Below, in pieces: positions 50,164 through 61,277 of a stretch of 64,000 bases of DNA (position 1 is its first letter; every line of letters begins with the position of its first letter). Where the stretch lies: NCBI GenBank assembly GCA_963806225.1, contig CAWDXG010000004.1, positions 2,048,001-2,112,000 on the forward strand, in the 5' to 3' direction. This DNA is from an uncultured delta proteobacterium. GTDB taxonomy: Bacteria > Myxococcota_A > Polyangia > Polyangiales > Polyangiaceae. Both the position numbers and the translations under genes were made by a program. Below the pieces are notes generated by a model. That model had not been told where the DNA came from. It searched no databases and worked only from the letters and a program-made list of their open reading frames with translations.

Positions 50164-51300
50164 ATGCGACGCCTGTTCTGCGCGCTTGGGGTCTCTGTTT
50201 GCGCCTTGGCAACCGGCTGCGGCAGCTCCGGATCCGGCAACGGCGGATCGGCCACGGGCGGAGCCGGTGGCGCCAGCGGCGGCTCCGGCGGCTCGTCGAG
50301 CGGCGGCTCGTCGAGCGGCGGCTCGGCCGGGTCTGCAACGGGCGGCAGCGGCGGCTCGTCGAGCGGCGGCTCGGCCGGGTCTGCAACGGGCGGCAGCGGC
50401 GGCACCTCGAGCGGCGGCTCGTCGGGCAGCGGCGGCACCTCCGGCAGCGGCGGCACCTCCGGCAATCACATCAAGACCGTGTTCGTCATCCTGATGGAAA
50501 ACCACAACTGGTCCGCCATCAAGGGCAGCAGCAGCGCGCCCTACATCAATGGCACGCTCTTGCCGAAGAGCTCGTACGCGACGCAGTACTACAATCCGCC
50601 CGGCATCCACCCGAGCGAACCGAACTACATCTGGCTCGAGGCCGGGACGAACTTCGGCATCACGAACGACTCGAACCCGAGCTCCAACCACAAGAGCTCA
50701 ACCAAACATCTGGCGCGCCAGCTGAAGGACGCGAACATCAGCTGGAAGAGCTACCAGGAAGACATCACGGGCACCGTCTGTCCGCTGACCGGCGTGAAGG
50801 AATACGCGCCGAAGCACAACCCGAACGTCTTCTTCGACGACATGACGGGCAACCTCGACCCGAAAGACGCCTACTGCATCGCGCACAACCGGCCCTACAC
50901 CGAGCTGGCAACGGACATGTCAAAAAGCACCGTGCCTCGCTACGCCTTCATCACGCCGAACCTCTGCCACGACATGCACAACACCTGCGCGCCCCAGAAC
51001 AACTCGGTCAAACAGGGCGACGACTGGCTGAAGAGCGAGGTGCCGAAGATCATGGCGTCCAACGCCTACAAGGACAACGGCGCCCTCTTCATCACCTGGG
51101 ACGAGAGCGAAGGCGGCGATCACCCGATCGGCATGATCGTACTGTCCCCACTCGCCAAGGGCGGCGGCTACACCAGCAACATCAAGTACACGCACAGCTC
51201 CACGCTGCGCACGTTCCAGGAGATCTTCGGAGTCTCGCCGTTCCTCGGCGACGCGGCGAAGGCGACGGACCTCGGCGACCTGTTCAAGTCGTTCCCGTAG
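50164..51300 (+). CDS. Phosphoesterase/acid phosphatase-family lipoprotein
   Basis: ATGC lipobox; ILMENH, HPSEPNY, KHNP, HDMH, TWDE. Confidence 0.9.
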   Translation: MRRLFCALGVSVCALATGCGSSGSGNGGSATGGAGGASGGSGGSSSGGSSSGGSAGSATGGSGGSSSGGSAGSATGGSGGTSSGGSSGSGGTSGSGGTSGNHIKTVFVILMENHNWSAIKGSSSAPYINGTLLPKSSYATQYYNPPGIHPSEPNYIWLEAGTNFGITNDSNPSSNHKSSTKHLARQLKDANISWKSYQEDITGTVCPLTGVKEYAPKHNPNVFFDDMTGNLDPKDAYCIAHNRPYTELATDMSKSTVPRYAFITPNLCHDMHNTCAPQNNSVKQGDDWLKSEVPKIMASNAYKDNGALFITWDESEGGDHPIGMIVLSPLAKGGGYTSNIKYTHSSTLRTFQEIFGVSPFLGDAAKATDLGDLFKSFP

Positions 51301-51343
51301 TTCCTGCAGGACCGAGTGGCCGGAGCAGGGACGCCAGAGGGCG

Positions 51344-52450
51344 CTACTGCTCCGGCAGCGCCGCAAGCGTCGCCAGCTGCTCGTCGTATTCCGCCGCGAC
51401 CTCGAAACCGAGGCTCTCGTAGCAGCGGATGGCCGCGGAGTTGTCGGCTTTCACGTTGAGCCCGATGTGATCGGTGGTGTCGGCGAGATGCCGGCAGAGC
51501 CGCGCCGTGACGGCACGTGCATGGCCGCAGCCGCGCTGGTCGGGATGCGTGGTGATGTTGCCGAGGGCGGCGACGCGCTGGCGCGGCGAGTACACGTGCA
51601 CGCCGGCGACGCACACGAGCTTTCCGTCGACGCGGCGGCCGAAGTAGCAGCCCGTGTCGAGCAGCTGCGGCTCGAACCAGTGGCCCGGATAGCTCGCTTC
51701 GTAGAACGCGAGCACCTCGTCGCGGTCGTCGGGGCCGAGCCGGGCGGCGTCCTGGGCAGCAGCATCGGCGATACGTGAAGGATCGCAGAGCGCCATCTTC
51801 AGGTGGCGGCCGTGCGGCTCGAGGCGGTGTGTCTTCTCGAACGCAGCTTCCGCGCCGGGCGTGAAGTGGCCGTAGAAGCGCGGCGGGAGGAGTGGTGCGA
51901 CTTCCGCGAGCAATTGGCAGAGCGGAGCGATGTCCGCGCCGAGCGCGAGCAGGCAGGGCAGCTCGAGCCCGGTGTACAGCAGGGCGAGCGCTTCGACTTC
52001 ACCGCCCTGCTGGCGTGCATGCCAGGTGGTGTGCGGCCAGAACGCGTCGTCGAGATCGCCGAGCTGGTAGATGTTCAGCCACACGTCGTGGCGCAGGAAC
52101 GCCTCGACCCGGGCGCGGTCGTGGAGCAGGACGCGGCGCGCGGCGGGCGTATCCGATCGGCGGGTGCCGTCGCCAAGCCACGCCAGCGCCAACGCGACCA
52201 GGTGCTTGCAGTACGCGCCGTCCTCCTGACAGTAGGGGCACTCGCAGTGGTAGGCCAGGCTGTCGCCCTTCACCCAGATGCGACACGGGTAGCTCGCCGT
52301 TCCGTCCACCACGCCGCGGAGCTCGCCGCGCGTGCGTTCGAGCGACCTCACGCGCCCCTCGGCGAAGTAGCGCTCCCCGCGCGCGAAAATGGGCGAGCCG
52401 GCAAGCGCCTCGACGGCGCCCCGGTGCAGGATGTTGGCGAAGATGTCCAT
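51344..52450 (-). CDS. SWIM zinc finger-GNAT acetyltransferase fusion
   Basis: RGERYF, CECP...CKH; C-terminal THPDQRGCGHA, NSAAIRCYESLGF. Confidence 0.8.
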   Translation of the reverse strand: MDIFANILHRGAVEALAGSPIFARGERYFAEGRVRSLERTRGELRGVVDGTASYPCRIWVKGDSLAYHCECPYCQEDGAYCKHLVALALAWLGDGTRRSDTPAARRVLLHDRARVEAFLRHDVWLNIYQLGDLDDAFWPHTTWHARQQGGEVEALALLYTGLELPCLLALGADIAPLCQLLAEVAPLLPPRFYGHFTPGAEAAFEKTHRLEPHGRHLKMALCDPSRIADAAAQDAARLGPDDRDEVLAFYEASYPGHWFEPQLLDTGCYFGRRVDGKLVCVAGVHVYSPRQRVAALGNITTHPDQRGCGHARAVTARLCRHLADTTDHIGLNVKADNSAAIRCYESLGFEVAAEYDEQLATLAALPEQ

Positions 52451-52821
52451 CGCTCGACAGCGACGCAGACTAGCATCGGGCGCGGTACGCCGCTCTATCT
52501 CCTATGGACAGGACTTGCCGGTGCCGTCTTCGAACAGGACGTTCCGCACGGAAGCGTTCGGCTCATCGGTGCCGCTTCCGTCAGTGCAGTCGAGCCCCCT
52601 GCTCGGCGAGCAGGCTAGCCGAGCTGCAGCACTTCCGGCACTTCGCGCCGTAGCGCCCGGCCGGTGGGAGGCGGCGCGATGAACGGTCTGAAAAGCAGGA
52701 TCTCGGCTTCTTCCCCCGTCAGGCCGAAGAGCTCCAGGTACTCCGCGCGCAGCCCGCGCAGCAGGTTGGCATCTTCGTCGCTCAGCCCCTCGGCGCCCCC
52801 GCGCTCGACACGCAATCATAG

Positions 52822-52847
52822 ACAAGCAACTTGCACAAGTAGCTTGT
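52822..52847. promoter_or_regulatory. Tandem palindromic operator, likely for MarR
   Basis: ACAAGcaaCTTGc followed directly by ACAAGtagCTTGT, just upstream of the marR-like start. Confidence 0.6.
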
Positions 52848-52865
52848 GTGTCTTACTTCTGCGGC

Positions 52866-53315
52866 ATGAAGGCTCAGGGCCCCGACACGACTGCCGTGCG
52901 GCTGGCGGTAGCGATCAAGCAGCTGAGGACGCGTGTTCGGGAGGCCGCGGTGGGACCCGCCGCGGGCCTGACCGTCTCACAACTTGCCATCATCAAGCGG
53001 CTGCGCGACGGCGGCCCGGCGACGGCCGCGTCACTCGCCCAAGCCGAGCACGTGAGCCAGCAGGCCATTGCCCAGCAGGTCGCCTCGCTCAAGCGCGCCG
53101 GCATGGTGCGAACGGCGCCTGACCCCGACGACCGCCGCAAGACCTTGATCCGCTTGAGCGCCAAGGCCCACAAGGCCTTCGAAGCAGCTCTCGCGGCGCG
53201 GGACGCCTGGCTCGCGCAGGCCATCGACGCGACCGTTTCTCCGCGGGAGCGCCGCGCGCTGGACAAGACGGTCGAACTGCTCGAGCGGCTCGCCTCCTTC
53301 CCCGGTAGCAGATAG
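52866..53315 (+). CDS. MarR-family regulator
   Basis: LTVSQL, LAQAEHVS, DPDDRR. Confidence 0.92.
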   Translation: MKAQGPDTTAVRLAVAIKQLRTRVREAAVGPAAGLTVSQLAIIKRLRDGGPATAASLAQAEHVSQQAIAQQVASLKRAGMVRTAPDPDDRRKTLIRLSAKAHKAFEAALAARDAWLAQAIDATVSPRERRALDKTVELLERLASFPGSR

Positions 53316-53321
53316 GAGCCC

Positions 53322-54593
53322 GTGGACGACTCTTCCGCCATCCGCCGCGCGCTGGGGCGCACGTTCCACTCGCTCGGGTCGCGGAACTTCAAGCTGTTCT
53401 TCTTCGGGCAGCTCATCTCCAACACCGGCAACTGGCTGACCAACGTTGCGCTGGTGTTGCTCGTGCTCGCCATCACGAAGAGCGGCATCGCCGTCGGCGT
53501 GCTGTCCGCCTGCCAGTTCGGACCGATGCTGTTTCTGGGGGCATGGGCCGGAGCGGTCGCCGATCGGTCCGACAAGCGGCGCATGCTTCTGCTCACGCAG
53601 AGCCTCGAGATGATGCAGTCCATCGCGCTCGCCACCCTCGCCTTCATGCCGCATCCGCCGCTCGCCGCGGTATACGCGCTGGCACTCGGCGGCGGCGTGC
53701 TGCTGGCCTTCGACAACCCGCTGCGCCGCTCGTTCGTGACGGAAATGGTGCCCCGCGAGGACATCCCGAACGCGGTCGTGCTCTACAGCACCATCGTCAA
53801 CCTGTCGCGTGTCTTCGGGCCGGCGCTGGCGGGCCTGCTGACGGTGAGCCTCGGCTTCGGCTGGTGCTTCGCGCTCGACGCCGCGTCGTACCTGGCCGTG
53901 CTCGCTTGTGTCGTCGCGATGCGCCCGGACGAGCTCTACCGCCAGCCACCCCAGCGCCACAGGGGCGGCGAGGTGCGCGAGGGGCTCAGGTACGTCCGAT
54001 CACTGCCGTTCCTCTACATCAGCTTCGCCATGCTCGGCGTGGTCGGCCTGTTCTCGTTCAACTTCCGCGTCAGTCTGCCGCTGTTCGTGACGTACTCGCT
54101 GCACAGCACGGACGTGGTGTTCACGTTGCTCTACTCCGTCTTCAGCGTCGGCGCCGTCACCAGCGCGATGATCGTGGCGCACCGCGGGCTGGTAGAGCTC
54201 CGGCACGTCGTTCTGGGCGCGGCAGCGCTGGGCTTCGGCATGCTGCTGCTTTCCGTCATGCCCACGGTCACTACCGCGCTGCCCGCCGTGTTCCTCGTCG
54301 GCATGGCGAGCATCATCTACATGACCGCTACGACCGCACAGGCGCAGGTCCACACCCGCCACGACATGCACGGCCGCGTACTCGCTCTGCAGACCGTGCT
54401 CATCGGTGGCACCGCGCTCGTCGGCGGCCCGCTGCTCGGCTGGCTCGCCGACACCTTCGGCGGCCGCGCCCCGCTGGCGCTGGGCGGCCTCGTCTGTCTA
54501 CTCGCTGCCGTGGGCGGGCATGTGGCGCGTTGGCGATCGGGTGCGCCGGCCGCCGAAAACCGGGGCGCGCCGGAGTCGCCCACCGGCTCCTGA
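53322..54593 (+). CDS. MFS transporter
   Basis: About 12 TM segments; GAVADRSDKRR motif A. Confidence 0.93.
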   Translation: MDDSSAIRRALGRTFHSLGSRNFKLFFFGQLISNTGNWLTNVALVLLVLAITKSGIAVGVLSACQFGPMLFLGAWAGAVADRSDKRRMLLLTQSLEMMQSIALATLAFMPHPPLAAVYALALGGGVLLAFDNPLRRSFVTEMVPREDIPNAVVLYSTIVNLSRVFGPALAGLLTVSLGFGWCFALDAASYLAVLACVVAMRPDELYRQPPQRHRGGEVREGLRYVRSLPFLYISFAMLGVVGLFSFNFRVSLPLFVTYSLHSTDVVFTLLYSVFSVGAVTSAMIVAHRGLVELRHVVLGAAALGFGMLLLSVMPTVTTALPAVFLVGMASIIYMTATTAQAQVHTRHDMHGRVLALQTVLIGGTALVGGPLLGWLADTFGGRAPLALGGLVCLLAAVGGHVARWRSGAPAAENRGAPESPTGS

Positions 54594-54712
54594 CGGCGGG
54601 AGCACGTTCGGCTCGCTCCATGGCTCCCTGGGGTGGCGACCGCCATGGCGACGCCACCTGACCGCCACCCCCGGCGATGAGCGAAGCCACAGAAATTCCA
54701 CCGTTTCGCCGC

Positions 54713-54728
54713 CGGCACGCTCGCTGCA
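54713..54728 (+). promoter_or_regulatory. Possible sigma54 promoter upstream of comM
   Basis: cGGCACGctcgcTGCA. Confidence 0.35.
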
Positions 54729-54740
54729 CTGGCAGGGGGC

Positions 54741-56321
54741 ATGGTCGCCACTGCCAACACCTCCGCCACCATCTGCGGCAAGCCGCTCGGTCTCGCCAGC
54801 GCCGAGGCCAGCACGCTGGTCGGGCTCGAAGCGCACCGCATCCGTGTGGAAGTGTGCTGCACGCGCGGGCCGTCGTTCTTCCAGATGGTGGGGCTGGCGG
54901 AAGCAGCAGTGCGCGAGGCGCGTGTGCGCGTGGCCAGCGCGCTGGCACGCCTGGGCGTGCTGATCGACGAGTACGCCATCACGGTCAACCTCGCGCCGGC
55001 CGATCTCCGCAAGAGCGGTGCGGCGCTGGATCTCGCGCTGGCGCTCGCCACACTCGGCGCCGTCGGAGAGCTGCCGGAGGGCGTGCTGGCGGACACGGTC
55101 GTGCTCGGCGAACTGGCGCTCGACGGCACGCTGCGTCCCATCCGCGGCGTGCTTCCCCAGCTCGAGGGCGCGCGGGCGCGCGGGATCTGCTCGGCGATCA
55201 TTCCCGCGGGCAACAGCGCCGAGGGCGGGCTGGTCGAGGGCATGGACGTGCGCGTCGCTGCGACGCTGGGCGAGGTGTGCGAATATCTCACGGGCAAGGG
55301 CCAGCTGCGAGCGGCGGAGCGCACGCCGTTCGTGCCTGACGAGTCCAGCGCGCTCGGCGATCTGTCGGAAGTGCGCGGGCAGACCACGGCACGCCGCGCG
55401 CTCGAGATCGCCGCGGCGGGCAACCACAACCTGCTCATGATCGGCCCGCCCGGCGGGGGCAAGACGCTGCTCGCGCGGCTCTTGCCGTCGATCCTGCCGC
55501 CTCTGCACTTCGACGAGGCGATCGAGACGACCGCCATCCACAGCGTCGCAGGGCTGGTCGAGCCGGAGAAAGGCGTCGTCAGCGTGCGGCCGTTCCGCGC
55601 GCCGCATCACTCCGTCAGCGAAGCCGGGCTGGTCGGCGGCGGCGACATGCCGCGCCCCGGCGAGGTGAGCCTCGCGCACAACGGCGTCTTGTTCCTCGAC
55701 GAGCTGGCGGAGTTCCGGCGCGGCGCGCTCGAAGCGCTGCGCCAACCGCTGGAGGACGGGCGCGTGTGCATCGCGCGGGCGCGAGCGCGCGCGTGGTTTC
55801 CGGCGCGGCCGTTGGTAATCGGCGCGGTGAACCCGTGTCCGTGCGGCTACCACGGCCACCCGCGCCGCAACTGCCGCTGCTCGCCGCGGCTCCGCCACAG
55901 CTACGAGGCGCGGCTGTCCGGTCCGCTGCTGGATCGGCTGGACGTGCACGTGAGCGTGCCGCCGGTGGAAGTGTCGGCGCTCACCTCCGGTACGCCCGGC
56001 GAGCCGTCGAGCGCAGTGCGCGCGCGCGTCATCGCCGCGCGCGCGGTGCAGCGTGCGCGACGTGAGCGAGGAGAGACGACCACCGTGACCAACTCGACGC
56101 TCTCGGCCGCCGAGCTCGAGCATGTAGCGCGGCTGGATCGCGACGGCGGGCGCTTGATCGAGGCAGCGATTGCTGGCCTCGGCCTCAGCGCCCGCGCTTT
56201 CGTCAAGGTGCTGCGCGTCGCGCGCACCATCGCGGATCTCGAAAACTCGCCGCGCGTGCGCGCACCGCACGTCGCCGAAGCCATCCAGGGGCGGCTGCTC
56301 GACCGGGGCCCCGCCGCATGA
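54741..56321 (+). CDS. comM: YifB/ComM Mg-chelatase-like AAA+ ATPase
   Basis: [46 protein letters not shown]. Confidence 0.92.
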   Translation: MVATANTSATICGKPLGLASAEASTLVGLEAHRIRVEVCCTRGPSFFQMVGLAEAAVREARVRVASALARLGVLIDEYAITVNLAPADLRKSGAALDLALALATLGAVGELPEGVLADTVVLGELALDGTLRPIRGVLPQLEGARARGICSAIIPAGNSAEGGLVEGMDVRVAATLGEVCEYLTGKGQLRAAERTPFVPDESSALGDLSEVRGQTTARRALEIAAAGNHNLLMIGPPGGGKTLLARLLPSILPPLHFDEAIETTAIHSVAGLVEPEKGVVSVRPFRAPHHSVSEAGLVGGGDMPRPGEVSLAHNGVLFLDELAEFRRGALEALRQPLEDGRVCIARARARAWFPARPLVIGAVNPCPCGYHGHPRRNCRCSPRLRHSYEARLSGPLLDRLDVHVSVPPVEVSALTSGTPGEPSSAVRARVIAARAVQRARRERGETTTVTNSTLSAAELEHVARLDRDGGRLIEAAIAGLGLSARAFVKVLRVARTIADLENSPRVRAPHVAEAIQGRLLDRGPAA

Positions 56322-56391
56322 GAGAGCACGGCGCGCGGTGCGCCGGCGTCCAGCGCGTCCCACGTGGGCCGCGACAAGGAGAACAGTGAAC

Positions 56392-57411
56392 ATGAGCGAC
56401 GAAAAGAACAGAGCAGTGAACACCGTCGTGGGCCAGATCGAGAAGGCCCACGGCAAGGGATCCATCATGCGCCTCGCCGAGGACGAGGCGCCCGAGGCCG
56501 TCGCGGTCATCCCGACCGGCTCGCTCGCCATCGACGAGGCGCTCGGCATCGGCGGCTACCCACGCGGGCGCATCGTCGAGATCTACGGTCCCGAGTCGAG
56601 CGGCAAGACCACGCTCACGCTGCACGCCATCGCCCAGGCGCAGCAGCAGGGCGGCGTGGCGGCGTTCATCGACGCCGAGCACGCCTTCGACCTGCGCTAT
56701 GCGAAGTCCATCGGCGTCGATCTGTCACGGGTGCTCGTCTCGCAGCCCGACAACGGCGAGCAGGCGCTGGACATCGCCGAGATGCTCACGCGCTCGGGAG
56801 CGGTCGACCTCGTGGTCATCGACTCGGTCGCGGCACTGGTGCCGCGCGCCGAGATCGACGGCGACATGGGCGACTCGCACATGGGCCTGCACGCACGGCT
56901 GATGAGCCAGGCACTCAGGAAGCTCAACGGCGTCGTCTCGCGCACGGGCACCACGCTCATCTTCATCAACCAGCTGCGGCAGAAGATCGGCGTCGTGTTC
57001 GGCAACCCCGAGACGACCACCGGCGGCAACGCGCTGCGCTTCTACGCCAGCGTGCGGCTCGACATCCGGCGCATCGGCAAGGTGATGCAGGGCGAGAGTC
57101 TGGTCGGCAACCGCACCCGCGTGAAGGTGGTGAAGAACAAGTGCGCGCCGCCGTTTTGCGAGGCGGAGTTCGACATCCGCTGGGGCATGGGCATCGACTG
57201 GGCTTCCGACCTGCTCGAGATGGCGGCCCGCGCGGGCATCGTCGAGAAGAGCGGCTCGCACCTGATGTACGGCGGCAGCAGCATCGGCCAGGGCAAGGAG
57301 AAGGCGCGCGAAGCGGTCATCTCCACGCCCGCGCTGCGGAGCGCGCTGCTCGAAGCGACGCTCGAGGAGCTGCCGTCGAAGGCCTTCGAACTGGAACGGA
57401 ACGCGGCCTAG
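56392..57411 (+). CDS. recA: Recombinase RecA
   Basis: [35 protein letters not shown]. Confidence 0.97.
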   Translation: MSDEKNRAVNTVVGQIEKAHGKGSIMRLAEDEAPEAVAVIPTGSLAIDEALGIGGYPRGRIVEIYGPESSGKTTLTLHAIAQAQQQGGVAAFIDAEHAFDLRYAKSIGVDLSRVLVSQPDNGEQALDIAEMLTRSGAVDLVVIDSVAALVPRAEIDGDMGDSHMGLHARLMSQALRKLNGVVSRTGTTLIFINQLRQKIGVVFGNPETTTGGNALRFYASVRLDIRRIGKVMQGESLVGNRTRVKVVKNKCAPPFCEAEFDIRWGMGIDWASDLLEMAARAGIVEKSGSHLMYGGSSIGQGKEKAREAVISTPALRSALLEATLEELPSKAFELERNAA

Positions 57412-57541
57412 CGCCACCGCACTGCCCGCGCGGCACGGCCCATACCTCCGGGGCCGTGTCGCGCGGGCGAGGCCAGATTTCCGGACGATTGACCTGCCTG
57501 CACTCATTGCGTTCAACCCGCCGGCGTCCGGGCGCAGCGCG

Positions 57542-59992
57542 TCAGCAATCGCCCGTGGATCCGGAGCCATCGGTGCGCGCCTCCAGCTGGGCTGGGACCC
57601 CGGCGCGTTCCGGCTCTGCGCTCGCTGGCTCCGGTTCGGGATGTGCGGCGGCCGGGGGGGGCTCCGGCGTTGCACCGCCGGGCTCCGCGGCGATCGGCGC
57701 AGACGGCGCGGTCGCCACTACCGCAGCGCCGGATCCGGCGACGACGACCGCGTCCGCCTCCGGCACCACCAGCATCAAGAGCATCGTGGCGAGCGCAAGG
57801 AACAAAAGCGCCGTGGCTAGATCGAAATGCAGGCCAACGTCGTGGACCAGCACGGTGCCGTACTGCGCCGCGCACACGCCGAGCCACAACACCCAGATAC
57901 CGGCGTCACGACGCGAGACCGGGCGGGACAGAGGCCGCTCGCCGCGGGTGGACAGCTCGACCGCCAGAAGCGGGTACAGGAAGATCAGGTGGCTGTAGTA
58001 GTTCGCCGGGTTGAACAGGACGGGTACGAGCGGTAGCCCGAGCAGCGCTGCCTGGTGGAGCGGACGGCGGTGCGCGGCGACCACGACCAGCGTCGAGAAC
58101 ACCAGGATCCCCGCGATGAAGATCGGCAGGCGCTCGCGGAGCAGGCGTGCTTCGGCCAGGCCCGATCCAGCCACGAGACCGCGCAGGCTGATGTGGTTCA
58201 GGTGCGGGCTGGCGTCCAGCACGCTCACCTTCTGCAACCACGAGACCCAGGCGCCGGGCGAGAACATGATCGACGACAGAGCAAGCATGCCGACCGCGAC
58301 GACCAGCGCGCCGCCCGCCACCTCGACGATGGGGCGCTGCTCGCGCAGGATGTCGCGCCAGCGCGGTAGAGCCCGACGCCGCGAGGTTTCGCGGACAAGC
58401 CACCACAGCGCGGGGATCGCTGCACCGACCAGTGCGAGCAGGGGGAAGGCCCGCATCATCGCGGACATGCCGATCAGACCGCCAGCGAGCTTGAAGCGCT
58501 GCGTCTTCAGAGCGCAGGCGCCAAGCGCCAGATACGCCATCCAGTCGGCTCTCAGGGTCGAGCCGAACCAGTCGGTCCCGAACATGTAGAAGTCGTTCGC
58601 GCCGAACACGATCAGGGCGACCAGCATCGTGCGCACGCCGAACGTCCGCCAGATGGCGATGAACGCGATCAGCATGAGCAGCGGGTCGAGCAGCGCCGTC
58701 GCCAGTAGCGTGCCGTTCGAAGCGTGCGTCCGGGCAAATACCAGGTGGGCAATTGCGAACCACGCGGGCGTGGCGTTGCCGCCATGATCAGCCATGCTGC
58801 CCAGGTAGTCGTGGGTGCCCATGTTCAGGCGGAAGTAGCGCATGTCCGCCACGAACTCGTGCCAACGGGCGGGCGAGAAGCGCGTCTTGATGGTCTTGAT
58901 GCGCGGCGCCACGTCGGAGACGTGCACCATGGAGTGCGAGCGCAGATCACGCAGCGCGACGTTGTGGAGCGACTCGACGCTGACATGCGGGTCGTCGTCG
59001 ATGTAGGCAGCTACGCTGGCGTCGTACAGCCCGTCGAAAGAGAGCTCGTTGAAGTACTTGGCGACCGGGTAGTAGACCCGCATGTCGTAGTTGTGGACGT
59101 AGCCGGGCGCGTTGTGCTCGTGGTCGACGTACTGGGCGGTGCCGAGGTTGGCGAAGCACGCCGCGGCGAGCACACCGCACACCGCCAGCGTGCCGATCAC
59201 GACGCGGCGGTTCGCCTTCCACGAGGCCGGCGCGAACGCCTCGCGCACGACAGCCACGCCCGCCACCGCAGCGACCACCCCGCGCACCAGCGACACCTCG
59301 CGCGGAGCCAGCGGCCATGCCGCGTCGAGCGCGAAGAGCCAGCGCACGCCGGCATAGATCGGCATCGCCGCTGCGAGCGTTGAAAGCCACCACTGCGTTC
59401 CTTCCGCCGCAATAAGCAGGAACAGCACCAGCGCGAGTCCGAACACGAGCGTGGCGCTGCGCAGGAGCTCCGGCGCCGGTGCCGCGTTCCGCACGCTGAA
59501 ACGCGGCGGGAACACGGCCGGCGCGTGCGCGTAGACCGCGAGCTCCGTGGCACTGTAGCGTCCGTCGCCTCCGCTGGCCTCGAGCCGCAGATAGCGCCCC
59601 GCGCCGTGGAGGTTTGCTGCCCAGCGCGGCTGCAGCCCGGCCTCCCCGACCGGCCGGGCGCGCCACAGCGTCTTGAAGTGTGTGCCGTCGTCGGAAACGC
59701 TCAGCGTGTAGAAGTCGTTCGCGTCCGCCTGCACGTAGGCCGCGCCCAGGGGAACGTGCCGACCGAGGTCGTACTCGACGTAGGCGCGCGATGACCTGAG
59801 CAGCATGGCCGCGCTCGAGCTCCAGTCGTCGCCGCGCGTGTTCACGACGCCGTCGGTGAGCTTGGCGGCTCCGTCGACGAGGGAGGAGCCGACCGGCGCG
59901 CGTCCGTGGAGAAGATCGCCGTCCGTCCCCCGGCTCTGCGTCGCGCATCCGCTGGCAAGCAGCAGCACGAGCGCGATAAGCAATCGCACCAC
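57542..59992 (-). CDS. Polytopic membrane protein with N-terminal discoidin/F5-8C-like domain, possibly a GT-C glycosyltransferase
   Basis: LTDG...YDLG...SDDG...GRYLRL; many TM segments; KYFNELSFDGLY, DHGGNATP. Confidence 0.6.
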   Translation of the reverse strand: MVRLLIALVLLLASGCATQSRGTDGDLLHGRAPVGSSLVDGAAKLTDGVVNTRGDDWSSSAAMLLRSSRAYVEYDLGRHVPLGAAYVQADANDFYTLSVSDDGTHFKTLWRARPVGEAGLQPRWAANLHGAGRYLRLEASGGDGRYSATELAVYAHAPAVFPPRFSVRNAAPAPELLRSATLVFGLALVLFLLIAAEGTQWWLSTLAAAMPIYAGVRWLFALDAAWPLAPREVSLVRGVVAAVAGVAVVREAFAPASWKANRRVVIGTLAVCGVLAAACFANLGTAQYVDHEHNAPGYVHNYDMRVYYPVAKYFNELSFDGLYDASVAAYIDDDPHVSVESLHNVALRDLRSHSMVHVSDVAPRIKTIKTRFSPARWHEFVADMRYFRLNMGTHDYLGSMADHGGNATPAWFAIAHLVFARTHASNGTLLATALLDPLLMLIAFIAIWRTFGVRTMLVALIVFGANDFYMFGTDWFGSTLRADWMAYLALGACALKTQRFKLAGGLIGMSAMMRAFPLLALVGAAIPALWWLVRETSRRRALPRWRDILREQRPIVEVAGGALVVAVGMLALSSIMFSPGAWVSWLQKVSVLDASPHLNHISLRGLVAGSGLAEARLLRERLPIFIAGILVFSTLVVVAAHRRPLHQAALLGLPLVPVLFNPANYYSHLIFLYPLLAVELSTRGERPLSRPVSRRDAGIWVLWLGVCAAQYGTVLVHDVGLHFDLATALLFLALATMLLMLVVPEADAVVVAGSGAAVVATAPSAPIAAEPGGATPEPPPAAAHPEPEPASAEPERAGVPAQLEARTDGSGSTGDC

Positions 59993-60073
59993 TCCGCCAG
60001 TGTTCGCCGCGCTGGCCCCCTCGCACATGACGCGTGTCAGGCACCGGCCGCTAGGCCCGGCGCCGACGGGCGG

Positions 60074-61153
60074 CTATTCGGCCGGCTGCGCCTGGCCCCC
60101 GCGCTTCTTCAGCACACCGGGGAGGCTCAACACGAGGATGGCGGCGAGCACGAGCGTGGCGCCGACCAGATCCACCGGACCGGGCGCATGGTAGGGCAGG
60201 AATGCGGCCAGGCTGAAGCTCGCCACCACGCCCGCAAGGATGCTCGAAGCGCGGTTTACGGGCACACAGAAGCTGTTCTCGCGACGGTCGAGGAGGATCA
60301 GACCGCCGAACACGCCCGTGCCCTGCGAGAACAGACCGATCGCGATCGCCGCCATCAGGTGCCCGCTGCCCGGCAGGGCGGTGAAGCCAAGCCGTACCTC
60401 GTGCATCAGGTGCCCGTCGTTGATCAGCGCGAGCACGATGAGCGTCGTGACCACGACGGGCGTTGCCGTCATCTGCTCCTCGACGAAGTAGCGCTTGGTC
60501 GCGTCGTGATCGTCGGACTTCGCCAGCCGGCTCATGAAGCGGAGGCGCACGAAGTAGCCAAGCAGGTAGAAGACAACGTCCAGACCGGCGATCAGCGTGA
60601 GTGCCAGGCTGCTCTTGCTCCCGCCGAAGAAGGCGACAAGCAGCGCGCCCAGGCTCAAGGCCAGCGCCACCCAGGAGAACCAACGCACCTTGCGGCGCGC
60701 GAAGAAGTCCACGATCGGGGCTATCACCAGCACGCCGCCCTTCATCAGCAGCATCATGAACACGATCGAGACGCCGCTGAACGTGTAGGCCAGCGTCGTC
60801 GTGGCGATGATGGCCGCGGTGCAGATGCCGCTGAGGAACGTCCAGACGTTCGGGCACGGCACGCTCAGCCCGAACAGATCGCGATGACCGGCGAACTTCC
60901 ACCAGCGCATGGCACTGATGAACACGAACATGCCCACGAGCGAGGCCATGGCCGTGACGGGAAGGAGCTCGAAGCCGTTGATGCCGCCGTGCATGCCGGA
61001 GAACAACCCGGCGCTGAGCGCCTTGGTCATCGAGCTGTACGGCACGTAGCAGGCGAAATAACCGAATGCGAACGCCCAGATAGCCAGGTTCCAGGTCTTG
61101 TTTTCGGCAGCCGTCGGTCGACCCTCCACGGCCGTCGCGGGCGACGGCAGCAC
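60074..61153 (-). CDS. Multi-TM (DMT-like) membrane protein
   Basis: About 10 hydrophobic segments. Confidence 0.7.
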   Translation of the reverse strand: MLPSPATAVEGRPTAAENKTWNLAIWAFAFGYFACYVPYSSMTKALSAGLFSGMHGGINGFELLPVTAMASLVGMFVFISAMRWWKFAGHRDLFGLSVPCPNVWTFLSGICTAAIIATTTLAYTFSGVSIVFMMLLMKGGVLVIAPIVDFFARRKVRWFSWVALALSLGALLVAFFGGSKSSLALTLIAGLDVVFYLLGYFVRLRFMSRLAKSDDHDATKRYFVEEQMTATPVVVTTLIVLALINDGHLMHEVRLGFTALPGSGHLMAAIAIGLFSQGTGVFGGLILLDRRENSFCVPVNRASSILAGVVASFSLAAFLPYHAPGPVDLVGATLVLAAILVLSLPGVLKKRGGQAQPAE

Positions 61154-61277
61154 TAAAAGCCCAGTCTAGCGCCCCCGTCACACAAATGTCACTTTCGCGG
61201 CCGCTGGTGCCGGGCGGCCAGCCAGCCGGAAGCCGAACGTCGCGACCCGCGGGTTGATCGGCCATCTTCGGCTCCGG

